DNA of 64,000 nucleotides from Nitrospinales bacterium (GTDB taxonomy: Bacteria > Nitrospinota > Nitrospinia > Nitrospinales > VA-1), in the NCBI GenBank assembly GCA_965262115.1, contig OZ253496.1, positions 2,208,001 to 2,272,000 on the forward strand. Direction: 5' to 3'. How positions within the stretch are numbered: the first letter of the stretch is position 1; every line of letters begins with the position of its first letter. Below, piece by piece: positions 40,130 through 50,229 of this stretch. Position numbers and translations under genes: made by a program. Under the pieces are notes generated by a model. The model was not told where the DNA came from and made no database searches. It saw only the letters and a list, made by a program, of their open reading frames with translations.

Positions 40130-41564
40130 TTATGCCCTTGTTTTTCAAAGAAAGATTGCTTTGTATAATCAGCCCGAGTGCCAAACTAAACAATAACTGG
40201 TATATTTCCACATGGTCTATAAAAAACTCAGTTACTTGAGACGTTAATAGTAGTAGTAATATTTTTTGATAGCCTATCGTCAACCTTTCGCGAGGTAAAG
40301 GGTTAAATTGAAGAAGTATAAAATAGGCATATATCGACGAACCAACCAGTCCGCATTCAACCAACAGCCAAAAATATATGGAGTGTAGTCCATAGATATT
40401 CGGAGAAGAGTCGGTAGGGTATCTAACTAAAAACCTGCCTATATTTTCTTGAAACATACCTGTTCCCGCGCCAAAAAATTTATGATCGCCAAACAGCTCA
40501 AGCGCAACTGACCATATTTCAATTCTATAATTGAAGACATTTTTGACCCATTGCAGAAATGCACTATCCCCCCCCGTCATGCATACTACTGTTAAAGACG
40601 TTGCCATGGCAACCGCAGTTGTAACATACAGCCCAGGCGAGATACGCTTCAACACATAGCAGGTAGGCACCAATAACATTGCCATAGATGAACCGCTAAT
40701 GATGGTGCCCAAAACTAAAATGAGTAGATGCAGCTTTCTGGCGCGAATCGCCACACCCGAAAACAAAACGAAACCGAATAGAACGCCTGATATTAATCCC
40801 AGATGATTAGGATTTAAATAGAAGGAGCTTATTTTCCAGCCATAGTACTCATGTAGAAAAGTAACGTCCCCGTTATAATAGAAAAGCAGGTCAATAAGAC
40901 CAATTAAAATGAAAGATGCATTGTATCTAATTATTGTATTTAGCCAACGACAAACTAATGCCTGACCGCACTTGGATATTACAATAATGAAATAATAAAT
41001 GACTCCATATTGCAGTAAAAATAGTATGGCATATAGAAAAGGTTTATAAAGAGAGTAAGACATCGCAACTGCCATTAAGTAGACGGCAAAAATCATCAAA
41101 CTATCTACTTCTTTTCTAAAAGGCTTGCCAAACCTATAGACCAACCCAACCAGCCCGTAGAAAATAACACCTGTCTTGTCAATATCCTGAGGAAGAAATG
41201 AAGCCAGAATAACTCCCCAAAAAAATATATGTATCGTTGCATTTTCAATAAATTTGAAAGATTTTGAGTTGTTGTTTCTTATCATTAAAAGGAGACCTTT
41301 GCGTAAGTCGAAAAAAAACAGAAAAGCGAGAGCCCCTGCGGGGCACGAAAGCTTGGGTGAAACATCACGGCGTTCAGAATGACAATACAAGGTCATTTTG
41401 TCATTCTGAGGAACAACGTATTTCGTCATCCTTGAGGAGCCGAAGGCGACGAAGGATCCGGGGTTATGCAATCTCATTCGAAAGAGGGTCACCGTGTATT
41501 TCTTCAATTTTCGGATCACTAAAAAACGAGATGTAAGATTTATCTGATCCAGGGAAAGACTCAT
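40122..41564 (-). CDS. O-antigen polymerase/ligase (Wzy-like) carrying an in-frame MITE insertion; alternative start 41285
   Basis: Multi-TM protein; NPNHLG, RIEIW, FFGAGTG, LHSIY. Confidence 0.8.
   Translation of the reverse strand: MSLSLDQINLTSRFLVIRKLKKYTVTLFRMRLHNPGSFVAFGSSRMTKYVVPQNDKMTLYCHSERRDVSPKLSCPAGALAFLFFFDLRKGLLLMIRNNNSKSFKFIENATIHIFFWGVILASFLPQDIDKTGVIFYGLVGLVYRFGKPFRKEVDSLMIFAVYLMAVAMSYSLYKPFLYAILFLLQYGVIYYFIIVISKCGQALVCRWLNTIIRYNASFILIGLIDLLFYYNGDVTFLHEYYGWKISSFYLNPNHLGLISGVLFGFVLFSGVAIRARKLHLLILVLGTIISGSSMAMLLVPTCYVLKRISPGLYVTTAVAMATSLTVVCMTGGDSAFLQWVKNVFNYRIEIWSVALELFGDHKFFGAGTGMFQENIGRFLVRYPTDSSPNIYGLHSIYFWLLVECGLVGSSIYAYFILLQFNPLPRERLTIGYQKILLLLLTSQVTEFFIDHVEIYQLLFSLALGLIIQSNLSLKNKGIND
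41292..41475. mobile_element. MITE copy 2 (184 bp, reverse orientation, one TIR with a 3-bp deletion)
   Basis: GAGACCTTTGCGTAAGTCG...GGGTTATGCAATCTC; flanks ATTAAAAG / ATTCGAAAG (degenerate duplication). Confidence 0.85.
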
Positions 41565-41617
41565 TGTGCCTATTTTATTCCTCGTTACAGTACAAATCTT
41601 TCATATTGGCCGAAAGA

Positions 41618-43399
41618 TTAGCAAGCATCCACAAGCTCCCTAAACCAAATCTCCAATGCCATCAATGCCCTGATTTCACGCGTGTTGTTTTCCACGCCTT
41701 GACAGTGATTATCCAGCAAATCAGCCACATAGCCATAATTCAATAAGCTTCTATCAGTGCTACGTTTGGATAATAATAAATCCTGGCATAATTCAAACAA
41801 ATCTGTTTTTAACCACTGTCCAACAGGCACGGTAAACATTTGTTTTTTTCTATAGGCGATCTCTTCGCCGATTAAGGGTGTTACTGCTTTTTTATAAATA
41901 TATTTGGTTACGCCTTGCGCCAGTTTCAAATGACCTGGCATGGCAAAAGCCAACTCTATCATTCGATAGTCTAAAAAGGGGGCACGATTCTCTATTGAGA
42001 CCGCCATACCCATGCGGTCAGGCTTGACCAGGTTATTACCTGATAATAGCAACAGGGTGTCAATATGGAGCATTTGATTGATACGGTCCATATTGCTGGC
42101 TTTATTGTAAAGCGGCTGAAGCATATCAGACACATCTACATCGTCAAGTTGTTTTATAAACTCGACAGAGAATAATTGACGGCGGGCATTGCTGGAGAAT
42201 AAGGAAATATTGTCCTGATAATATTTCTGAAAATCCCCGTCAGATAATTCTTCTACTTCAGGGGTAAAAAAATCACGATATTTATCATAGCCCGCGAATA
42301 ATTCATCAGCCCCATCACCTGTCAGCACCACTTTAACTTGTTCCGAGGCCAGACTCGCGACTTTATAAGTAGGCAAAAAAGACACGTCACCATGAGGCTG
42401 GTCACAGTGATAAGTCGCCATAGGCCATAAGTCGATCAGGTTCGGCTGGACTTTTTGCATGGTGTGCTTTGTGCCAAATCTATCTGCTACTTGCTGCGCA
42501 TAAGGCGACTCGTCATATTGGGGATCATGAAAGCCAATCGAAAAAGTATTAACGGGCTGGCTCAGATGACGACTCATTAACCCAACCACGGTACTGGAAT
42601 CAATGCCGCCTGATAAAAAAGCCCCAAATGGCACATCTGATCTGAGGCGGATACGAACCGCGTCATCAAGAGTTTGATTAAAATCTTCTATCCATTGTGT
42701 CTCACTTTTGGTCTCACACTTTATCCTGGTTAAATCCCACCAACAGAATAGTTCAACACCTTGTCGTGTTATTTTCAGCCAGTGTCCAGGCATTATATGC
42801 TCAACGCCTGCAAACATAGTTAAAGGCGGCGGTACATAATTAAACGCCAAAAATTGATTGAGCGCCTGGGGGTTGAGTTTTTTACCGTTCGAGCACTGCA
42901 GGATTGATTTAATCTCTGAAGCAAATAATACTCTGCCATTTTGATTAGAAAAATACAGCGGCTTTTCTCCCACTCTATCTCGGATTAAATATAGACTGTC
43001 AATGCGCCTGTCATAGAGCGCAATAGCAAACATACCATTAAGCTTTGATATGCCATCGATACCATCACGCTCATATAGCCGCAGTATGACTTCGGTGTCA
43101 CAATGGGTTCGACAATAGTACCCTTGGCTTTTTAATCCTGCCGCTAATTCTATATAGTTGAAAATTTCACCATTTTGCACAACAACAATACTGCCATCAT
43201 CTGAGATAAAGGGTTGCTGACCATGCTCTACATCTAAAATAGCCAACCGCTGATTGCCTAATGCCACAGCCCCAGGCTTGTCATGATAACAACTATAGCC
43301 ATCTGGACCCCGATGCTCAATCTTATCGCCCATAGCTTTTAATTGCTCTGATGAAAGTGGTTGCTTGTTGTTATCAAAATAACCAAAAACACCACACAT
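41618..43399 (-). CDS. asnB: Asparagine-synthase-like glutamine amidotransferase of the polysaccharide locus
   Basis: MCG start, HRGPDG, NGEIFN, LSGGIDSS, TGDGADELFAGY. Confidence 0.85.
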   Translation of the reverse strand: MCGVFGYFDNNKQPLSSEQLKAMGDKIEHRGPDGYSCYHDKPGAVALGNQRLAILDVEHGQQPFISDDGSIVVVQNGEIFNYIELAAGLKSQGYYCRTHCDTEVILRLYERDGIDGISKLNGMFAIALYDRRIDSLYLIRDRVGEKPLYFSNQNGRVLFASEIKSILQCSNGKKLNPQALNQFLAFNYVPPPLTMFAGVEHIMPGHWLKITRQGVELFCWWDLTRIKCETKSETQWIEDFNQTLDDAVRIRLRSDVPFGAFLSGGIDSSTVVGLMSRHLSQPVNTFSIGFHDPQYDESPYAQQVADRFGTKHTMQKVQPNLIDLWPMATYHCDQPHGDVSFLPTYKVASLASEQVKVVLTGDGADELFAGYDKYRDFFTPEVEELSDGDFQKYYQDNISLFSSNARRQLFSVEFIKQLDDVDVSDMLQPLYNKASNMDRINQMLHIDTLLLLSGNNLVKPDRMGMAVSIENRAPFLDYRMIELAFAMPGHLKLAQGVTKYIYKKAVTPLIGEEIAYRKKQMFTVPVGQWLKTDLFELCQDLLLSKRSTDRSLLNYGYVADLLDNHCQGVENNTREIRALMALEIWFRELVDAC

Positions 43400-43956
43400 C
43401 AGTTGCCACCTCTGAAAATAAATAGTTGTTTAAGCGTTAATAGCATTATCCATATGTCGAATGACATCGACATTTTATCAACATATTCAAGGTCAAGATG
43501 TGTACGCTGTTCAGGTGTGCCACTTGAGCGAATCACCGCTTGCGCCAGACCAGCAATACCAGGGCGCACAGAATTGCGTTTGTCCCACTCCTGTTGAGTA
43601 TAGTTGTCTCTTTGTTGCGCGACATTGGGGCGCGGCCCGATCAGGCTCATGTCACCTTTAATAACATTGAATAACTGCGGCAGTTCATCCAGGCTGGTTT
43701 TACGAATTAAGCGACCAATGCTTGTGATTCTGGGATCGTTTGCCCGGGTGAAGTAAGCGCCATCACCTGCGTCAACGACCATACTGCGAAATTTATAAAT
43801 CGTAAAATCGTGTCCATAAAGCCCCACCCTCTTTTGTTTGAATAGCACTGGACCTTGGAATTTTAACTTAATCGATAAAGCCACAATCACCATCAATGGT
43901 AAAATAAACGGTAATGCTGCTAACACAAGGGTTGAGTCAAACAAACGCTTTGTCAT
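43399..43956 (-). CDS. Initiating phosphoglycosyl (sugar) transferase
   Basis: [33 protein letters not shown]. Confidence 0.92.
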   Translation of the reverse strand: MTKRLFDSTLVLAALPFILPLMVIVALSIKLKFQGPVLFKQKRVGLYGHDFTIYKFRSMVVDAGDGAYFTRANDPRITSIGRLIRKTSLDELPQLFNVIKGDMSLIGPRPNVAQQRDNYTQQEWDKRNSVRPGIAGLAQAVIRSSGTPEQRTHLDLEYVDKMSMSFDIWIMLLTLKQLFIFRGGN

Positions 43957-44771
43957 ACTTTGTCCGCTATAAAACTCGCCACTTTGGTTTGTAGACTTTT
44001 ACAATCAGCCATCACTTGCGTGCTACTGCGTAATTTCAGCTTGTCCACCGCCATCAGTAATTTTTCTAATTCATTTTTCAAATGAAGCTTTGTCTGCGAT
44101 ATAGGCATGTCATCACTATAATGATGAAATGCGCGCGATAATATGACACAGATGGACCCCAGTCTCAGGTGCTCTGCCAAAACCAATTCTCCCGGGATAA
44201 TGCCCTCGCCGACTCTGGCAACACCCCCAAAACCAAAAGGCAAACCTGCCGCTTGAATGGTTTTGGCCAATTGATCGACCAAGCCATTGGCCAGCGGCTC
44301 AAACATAAATTGTAACCGCATATCCAAATGCAGGTCATTTAATCCTATATAAATCTCACTCACGCCTTGAATGGTCACAATTTCACCGATAGTTTGGGCC
44401 GCATTATAGGTTTCAACCAAAGGCATAACCTTTGCGCGACCATTCACCAAGTGAGAAAAATATCGAACCTCGTCGGCGCGATGAAACATCGGCAGCATGA
44501 GTATATCAGCCCCAAGCGCAATGGCTTCATCAACCTCATCTTTAGTGTGGTCATGCAATGGATTGAGGCGGACCAGTAATTCTGCTTGCGTCAAATTTGC
44601 CTTAACTTTGGCAATATCTGCCATGGTATGCTGGCTAATCAAGGTGTCCAAATGACCTTGGCGCGCTTGTTTGCCTAGTTGCTCCAAGTCAACAAATATT
44701 CGTTCAACTCCACAAGATTGCGCATACTGTGCCAATGTTGGATCATTGGTTATTAACATAAACTTAATCAT
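43953..44771 (-). CDS. HpcH/HpaI aldolase/citrate lyase family protein
   Basis: IFVDLE, LVRLNP, MLPM, PLVET, IGLNDL. Confidence 0.8.
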   Translation of the reverse strand: MIKFMLITNDPTLAQYAQSCGVERIFVDLEQLGKQARQGHLDTLISQHTMADIAKVKANLTQAELLVRLNPLHDHTKDEVDEAIALGADILMLPMFHRADEVRYFSHLVNGRAKVMPLVETYNAAQTIGEIVTIQGVSEIYIGLNDLHLDMRLQFMFEPLANGLVDQLAKTIQAAGLPFGFGGVARVGEGIIPGELVLAEHLRLGSICVILSRAFHHYSDDMPISQTKLHLKNELEKLLMAVDKLKLRSSTQVMADCKSLQTKVASFIADKV

Positions 44772-44778
44772 ATAAGCC

Positions 44779-46260
44779 CTATTTGACTTTAAACTTGTCC
44801 CTGAACTCTTGATGAAACAAAGCCATCACAAATAATGATAATAACCCAACCAAACCAGCCAGCAATAGCGACAACCATGCCGACGCGTCAAGTTTGTCAA
44901 TCCATTGGCTTATACAGAGTGATAAACTCATGGCACAGACAAGACCCATAAGGAATGTTCTATCAAATAAAACTTGCCACCAATTAAGTGGTTTTATTTT
45001 GAGAAATATCAGTTGTAGAATACATATAAAACCATAGCTAATAACCATCCCCCACATTAAGGCTTGCAGTCCTTGGCCAAATAGATATATCTGGCTGATC
45101 ACAATAAAAAATATCAGTCCTAAGCCATTGATAAGCAGAGGAGTTTTTGTGTCTTTTTGCGCGTTAAATACAGCAGTCAAAAAACCCGATAACCCTTGCA
45201 ATGGAAGAGCGACCAAGCCGATTGTGGTTAATGTTGCCACTAAGACCACACGGGAATTATTCATATTGCCATAACCATAAACAATTTGAGCATAAGCATC
45301 CCCCAAAGATATCAAAATGATAGCCGCTATCAAAGCAATCCCTAAAGTTATTTGCACGCCATATTTAACAAGCTTTCGATGCAAGGCCAAATTATGGACA
45401 AAACTCTGCGTCAGTCTAGGAAACAAAACAACAGACAAAACAGTCACCGCTATGGTCAATGGAAACTCAACCAAACGGGTCGCGTAAGTAAATAGCGCTA
45501 CGCTACCCTGCTCGTTATAAGATGCCATAGCTCTAGCCATAACTGGGAAAAGTAGTAGCGCGCTACCAGACAGCATCACTTGAACGTAACGAATGAATAG
45601 TGCTTTATTAACCTGATTTGGCGTAAGGCTGACCCAGGGACTCCAAGAGATATGCACCTGCAATAACTGGCTGAGTAAGCGCAATAGTCCGCCGAGTAAT
45701 ACAAAAGCAACGATTAATCGCAAAGACCCATATCCAAGATAAACCAGCAATAGTCCAATAATAATAGTGCTATTGATAATCAAAGTACCTAATGACGCAA
45801 CAGCAAATCTATTCTGGGCGTGAAGATAGGCAGTAACAATGCCTGATAATATGGTTAAAGGCATCAACCAAATAACCCAACCAAGCGCGGTGCCAGCCTG
45901 TATGGTTTGTATTCGCGCAAACCCAGGTGCTAATAAAGTAACCAATATATTTGATTGCCAGCACAACACCGCGCTTATAACGAGAAATACAGTGCCAAAC
46001 AACAACAATGACTGATATAGCAAACCACATGCCTTACCAGGGTGCTGGGTAAATTCAGGCACCAGGGCAGCACCAAGTGCCCCACCCATTAATATATTGA
46101 CCAGAATATCGGGAACAGTTAACATCAGAACCACAATATCGGCCTGTGCGCTTACGCCATAAGTCGTGGCAATGAACACCTCCCGGACAAAGCCAGATAA
46201 CCGCCCCAACAAAAGCCCGATATTTAAACCCAGGGATGATAGTAATAGTACCTTGATCAT
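44779..46260 (-). CDS. MurJ/MviN-like flippase
   Basis: GRLSGFVRE, GALGAALVP, RLVEFP, DTKTP. Confidence 0.85.
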   Translation of the reverse strand: MIKVLLLSSLGLNIGLLLGRLSGFVREVFIATTYGVSAQADIVVLMLTVPDILVNILMGGALGAALVPEFTQHPGKACGLLYQSLLLFGTVFLVISAVLCWQSNILVTLLAPGFARIQTIQAGTALGWVIWLMPLTILSGIVTAYLHAQNRFAVASLGTLIINSTIIIGLLLVYLGYGSLRLIVAFVLLGGLLRLLSQLLQVHISWSPWVSLTPNQVNKALFIRYVQVMLSGSALLLFPVMARAMASYNEQGSVALFTYATRLVEFPLTIAVTVLSVVLFPRLTQSFVHNLALHRKLVKYGVQITLGIALIAAIILISLGDAYAQIVYGYGNMNNSRVVLVATLTTIGLVALPLQGLSGFLTAVFNAQKDTKTPLLINGLGLIFFIVISQIYLFGQGLQALMWGMVISYGFICILQLIFLKIKPLNWWQVLFDRTFLMGLVCAMSLSLCISQWIDKLDASAWLSLLLAGLVGLLSLFVMALFHQEFRDKFKVK

Positions 46261-46558
46261 GCTGTCTCTAGTTTTACCTTATTCCCTGTGGAACAATTCA
46301 TAGTTTAATGTTTTTCGAAGTCAATGGCTGAGCTTAAATTCTCAGACCGTTTTAACCTGCTTATCCGTTATATTTTCAAAGCTACTACTTATCATGTCAA
46401 CGCAAAGCTGAAATGTCTCCTGCTTTGTTTGACTATACAGGTGCCTGGCCGTGCTTTATAGATGACGATGTTTGCGCAGTGATCTATACGACCGATGCCA
46501 TAGAAGCCTTGATCAGCGTGGTTTGCAGATCTCTTAACAATTTTCAGCTGGATTTCTG

Positions 46559-48472
46559 CTACCCTTTTCCATAAGAATATTTCATAAGTATCTGCTGCCT
46601 CTCTTCGTCATCAAGGTTATGCCATGATTTGAGTCCGGCCATTATTTCCTCAGCTTCTGACCATTCGCAAAAATTCTCGTGAGCTTCTAAAATCATTGGG
46701 TGTTCGGTGCTGGTGATGTGATCGCCGATGAAGAGTTCTTCGTGGATTTTTTCCCCTTTTTGCAGCCCAATATATTGAATCTCAATGCTTGATGCCTCCA
46801 TACCGCTTTCTCCAGTTTTCAATGTATGCCCTGACAAGTAAATCAGTTGTTTTGCTAGAGAAAGGATTGAGACAGGATCCCCCATTTCCAGTGCAAAGGT
46901 ACTGCAACAATGACTACCCATAGAGCCTGCTTGTATTACAAGTTGACTGGCTTCTGGAATGGTCATGAAATATCGAGTGGCTTCTGGATGGGTGATGGTA
47001 ATGGGACCACCAAAGGCTATCTGTTGCTGAAATAAAGGCACTACAGAACCGGAAGAACCTAACACATTGCCAAAGCGCACTATGGTAAAGCGTGTAGCTT
47101 TTTGCCCGCTTATGCGCTCTATTCCACCTTTTTGGGCGAGTCCTTGTACTATTTGTTCAGCAATTCTTTTGGTTGCCCCCATGACGCTGGTTGGGCGAAC
47201 AGCCTTATCGGTGGATATGAGGATAAAACGTTCCACATTCAGATTAAGAGCTGCCTGGGCAATATTATAGGTGCCGAATATGTTATTGAGTACGCTCTCC
47301 TCAATGTTGTTTTCGATAAGGGCTACATGTTTGTAGGCGGCGGCATGGTAGACGGTGTCGATTGTGAAATTTTTGATGGTTTCTTCTACATGCCGTTTAT
47401 TGGTGACAGAGCCAAGGATGGGAATGATCCTGGCGTTACAGTCTGTACTTGCGCATAGGTTGACTAATTCAGCGTTAACTTTGTAGAGGTTGAGCTCTGA
47501 GTGGTCAAACAAAACGATAAGGACGGGGTCCAGCGCCAGAGCTTGGCGGCAGAGTTCAGAGCCTATTGATCCACCGGCGCCGGTTACCAGTATCTTTTTA
47601 TTGGTGATGCAGATGGCAAGAAGCTTCCGATTTGGCGCCACTACTTTACGCACCAACAAATTGGTGATATCGACCTCTCTCAGATCATCTATCGCCACCG
47701 CCCGGGAAACAATATCACCGAGTGAAGGTATTGTCCTGACAGCCACATTTTTATCTTCAAGATATTTCAACAACTCTTTACGCACGTCGCGGGGCATTTC
47801 AGGCATCGCCAGCAGGACTTCCAAAGTGCTGGTCGGGGCACGAATTTTCGCAATTTCGGAACGACCACCCAGGACTTTCAAATTTTGGATATAGTGACCA
47901 TGCAACGTAAGATCATCGTCAATAATGCCTAAAATCTGAATATCTTTGCTATACGATAAAGATGAGGCTAGCTCCAGTCCAACTCTTCCCGCACCATATA
48001 TCAGTACGCTCTTCCTGGGTTGAGTGGTAGTGACAGCGGGCTCCGATAATAGCCAACGGGCTATCTGCCGACTGCCACCCATATTCAAGAACATGGTCAT
48101 CCAAAAAAGTATGGGCATAGAACGGGGAAACCCAACGTCAACGCCGGCATAGAAGGGAAGAAAAGTAATTGCGACCAACAGTAATAATAGAACCAGCACC
48201 CCTGCGGCTTGGGCAATTGTCAGCATGGACCTATGCCCTATGAAACGTATTACTGTCCGATATAAGCCAAACTTGACAAAAACAGGGAGAGCTAAAAGGG
48301 GAGCCGCGATAAATAACCAAATTTGGCCCTGGGTTGGCCAGAACCACTCACCCAGACGTAAGGCAAACGCTAGCCACAATGAAAATATCACCAGAAAGAT
48401 GTCCGCCACAATCATTATGGCGAATTTTTTGTTTCGGCTGAGGAATGAAATATACTTGAAAAAATTATGCAT
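46559..48472 (-). CDS. Membrane-bound UDP-GlcNAc 4,6-dehydratase (CapD/PglF/WbpM family)
   Basis: TGAGGSIGSE, HAAAYKHV, STDKAV, MGATK, RFGNVLGSSGS. Confidence 0.92.
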   Translation of the reverse strand: MHNFFKYISFLSRNKKFAIMIVADIFLVIFSLWLAFALRLGEWFWPTQGQIWLFIAAPLLALPVFVKFGLYRTVIRFIGHRSMLTIAQAAGVLVLLLLLVAITFLPFYAGVDVGFPRSMPILFWMTMFLNMGGSRQIARWLLSEPAVTTTQPRKSVLIYGAGRVGLELASSLSYSKDIQILGIIDDDLTLHGHYIQNLKVLGGRSEIAKIRAPTSTLEVLLAMPEMPRDVRKELLKYLEDKNVAVRTIPSLGDIVSRAVAIDDLREVDITNLLVRKVVAPNRKLLAICITNKKILVTGAGGSIGSELCRQALALDPVLIVLFDHSELNLYKVNAELVNLCASTDCNARIIPILGSVTNKRHVEETIKNFTIDTVYHAAAYKHVALIENNIEESVLNNIFGTYNIAQAALNLNVERFILISTDKAVRPTSVMGATKRIAEQIVQGLAQKGGIERISGQKATRFTIVRFGNVLGSSGSVVPLFQQQIAFGGPITITHPEATRYFMTIPEASQLVIQAGSMGSHCCSTFALEMGDPVSILSLAKQLIYLSGHTLKTGESGMEASSIEIQYIGLQKGEKIHEELFIGDHITSTEHPMILEAHENFCEWSEAEEIMAGLKSWHNLDDEERQQILMKYSYGKG

Positions 48473-48654
48473 TGGTCAGGATTCAATGGAGGAAAATAAA
48501 GCCGAGGAAAGAGTCTGTAGCTACAGGCAATTTAAATTTCAGGAAAATGCCAGGCGATGCAAATATCTCTACTCAGCTCATAAACAATTAGTGGGCGGAG
48601 GACTCTGTTGCAGAGGAAGAGAATTTTTTCTTTTCCCGCATTTGGGCCATCGAA

Positions 48655-48792
48655 TTAGTTAAAAAAGCTAGAACGATACCAACTGGCTATAACCTCCAGT
48701 AAATCCACAAGACTTATTTCATCTTCCGGAGGATACCATGAGCTTCGAATGTGATCGGGCTGGGTAGTCGAGAGTTGTTCTTTTTCTGTCAT
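48655..48792 (-). pseudogene. N-terminal fragment of a Wzz chain-length regulator
   Basis: YPPEDEISLVDLLEVI followed by a stop within 10 codons. Confidence 0.6.
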
Positions 48793-49004
48793 AAACAGGT
48801 TTTGATGAGTACGAATGGTTAATAAATGCGGCCTTCTTAGCGGGCAGGCATATATATTGGCGGATACCCTCTCCAAGATGTTTACCGCTTACTAAAGACC
48901 AATCCAGTCTTGTCGGGACGATTCGGACATCGTGGTATGATACCAAGAAATCGGTATGATGGTAGCAGAAACTTTATTGCGCTCCTGATTGAGGTGCCGG
49001 CCAA

Positions 49005-49247
49005 ATGGACAGGCGAATTGCAGGGTTTCATCAGGATGAGGAAAGCTTCTGGGTGGCAGAGTTGGAATGCGGGCACAATCAGCATGTCCGGCATCGTCCG
49101 CCCATGGTTATCCGCCACTGGGTGAATCGTGAAAAAGGTCGACAGGAAAGGCTGGGGACCCTTCTGGCCTGTAAAGCCTGTGACTCCGAGTGTTCCGACG
49201 GAGGATGTCAGGCAACCAGCCCGCCATTTTCCCAGGATCCCGAATAA
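49005..49247 (+). CDS. DUF3565-family protein
   Basis: GFHQDEE..WVAELECGHNQHVRHRPP...CKAC. Confidence 0.85.
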   Translation: MDRRIAGFHQDEESFWVAELECGHNQHVRHRPPMVIRHWVNREKGRQERLGTLLACKACDSECSDGGCQATSPPFSQDPE

Positions 49248-49867
49248 ATATTGCCGTTTGCCAGGATATAGACGCCCTGCCCATGAGGTAAATCATTCTG
49301 GAATTCTCCCTGGTAGCGATCCCCGTTTGCGTAGATATATTTTCCCTTGCCGTGGAGCATGTCGTTGAGGAGGCTCCCTTCGTACTGGTCGCCGTTGTCA
49401 TAGACCAGCTTTCCCAAGCCATTGGGTTTTCCATATTTAAATTCACCGGTATAAACATAGCCTTGGGAAGAGGTGAAGGTTCCCCTGCCATGCATCTGGT
49501 CCTGGAACATTTGCCCCTCATATTTATCCCCATTGGGCCAGGCTCGGATTTCAAATCCGGGAACGGATTCGGATTTTTGGGAGTCTGACTCGGGGGTGGT
49601 TTTTGCGGATTTCCGGGAAGTCCGCGTATATCGCTTTCCCTTCCAGCCTGGAGCTTCACTGTATTTGCGGCTGATGTGAGCATCGCTGATTTTTTTGTAG
49701 GCGGCCGTGATCTTCTGGAACATTTCATGGGCCTTCTTTTGCAGGCGTGGCGATTCTGCGGGGAACCGATCCGGGTGCCAGATCTTGACCTGGACTTTGT
49801 AGGCCCGTTTTACATCTTCAATAGACGCGCCGGGTTTGAGCTTTAATATTTTAAAATACTGTTCCAT
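49208..49867 (-). CDS. DnaJ-domain + MORN-repeat protein
   Basis: WHPDRF J-domain; repeats of NGDxYEG...HGxG. Confidence 0.9.
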   Translation of the reverse strand: MEQYFKILKLKPGASIEDVKRAYKVQVKIWHPDRFPAESPRLQKKAHEMFQKITAAYKKISDAHISRKYSEAPGWKGKRYTRTSRKSAKTTPESDSQKSESVPGFEIRAWPNGDKYEGQMFQDQMHGRGTFTSSQGYVYTGEFKYGKPNGLGKLVYDNGDQYEGSLLNDMLHGKGKYIYANGDRYQGEFQNDLPHGQGVYILANGNIYSGSWENGGLVA

Positions 49868-50073
49868 GATGGACCGAAGTGGAAGTTGGGGACAAGAATG
49901 TTGATGATTTGAAATCCTGACTTAAACATCAGGTCGCTAATGAATGAACCATTCTTCAGTCCCTTCATGGCCTTCATGATGCCTTTTATCCGCCTCCCAG
50001 GCTTCCAACACATAGTCTATATGGGGGAACGGGTTTTTTTGTAAAATATTCCAGGGTGCTTCCACACTCGAAT

Positions 50074-50200
50074 GAGACCTTTGCATAAGTCGAAAAACCG
50101 GAAAAGCGGGATTCTTCACTGCGTTCAGAATGACAAGAAACGCCAGTTTGTCATTCTGAGGAACAAGGTGACGAAGAATCTCGGGTTACGCAAAGCTCTC
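50074..50200. mobile_element. MITE copy 3 (127 bp)
   Basis: GAGACCTTTGCATAA...TTACGCAAAGCTCTC; perfect 9-bp duplication CACTCGAAT at 50065-50073 and 50201-50209. Confidence 0.9.
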
Positions 50201-50229
50201 CACTCGAATGAGCAGGCGTGATGCAATAT

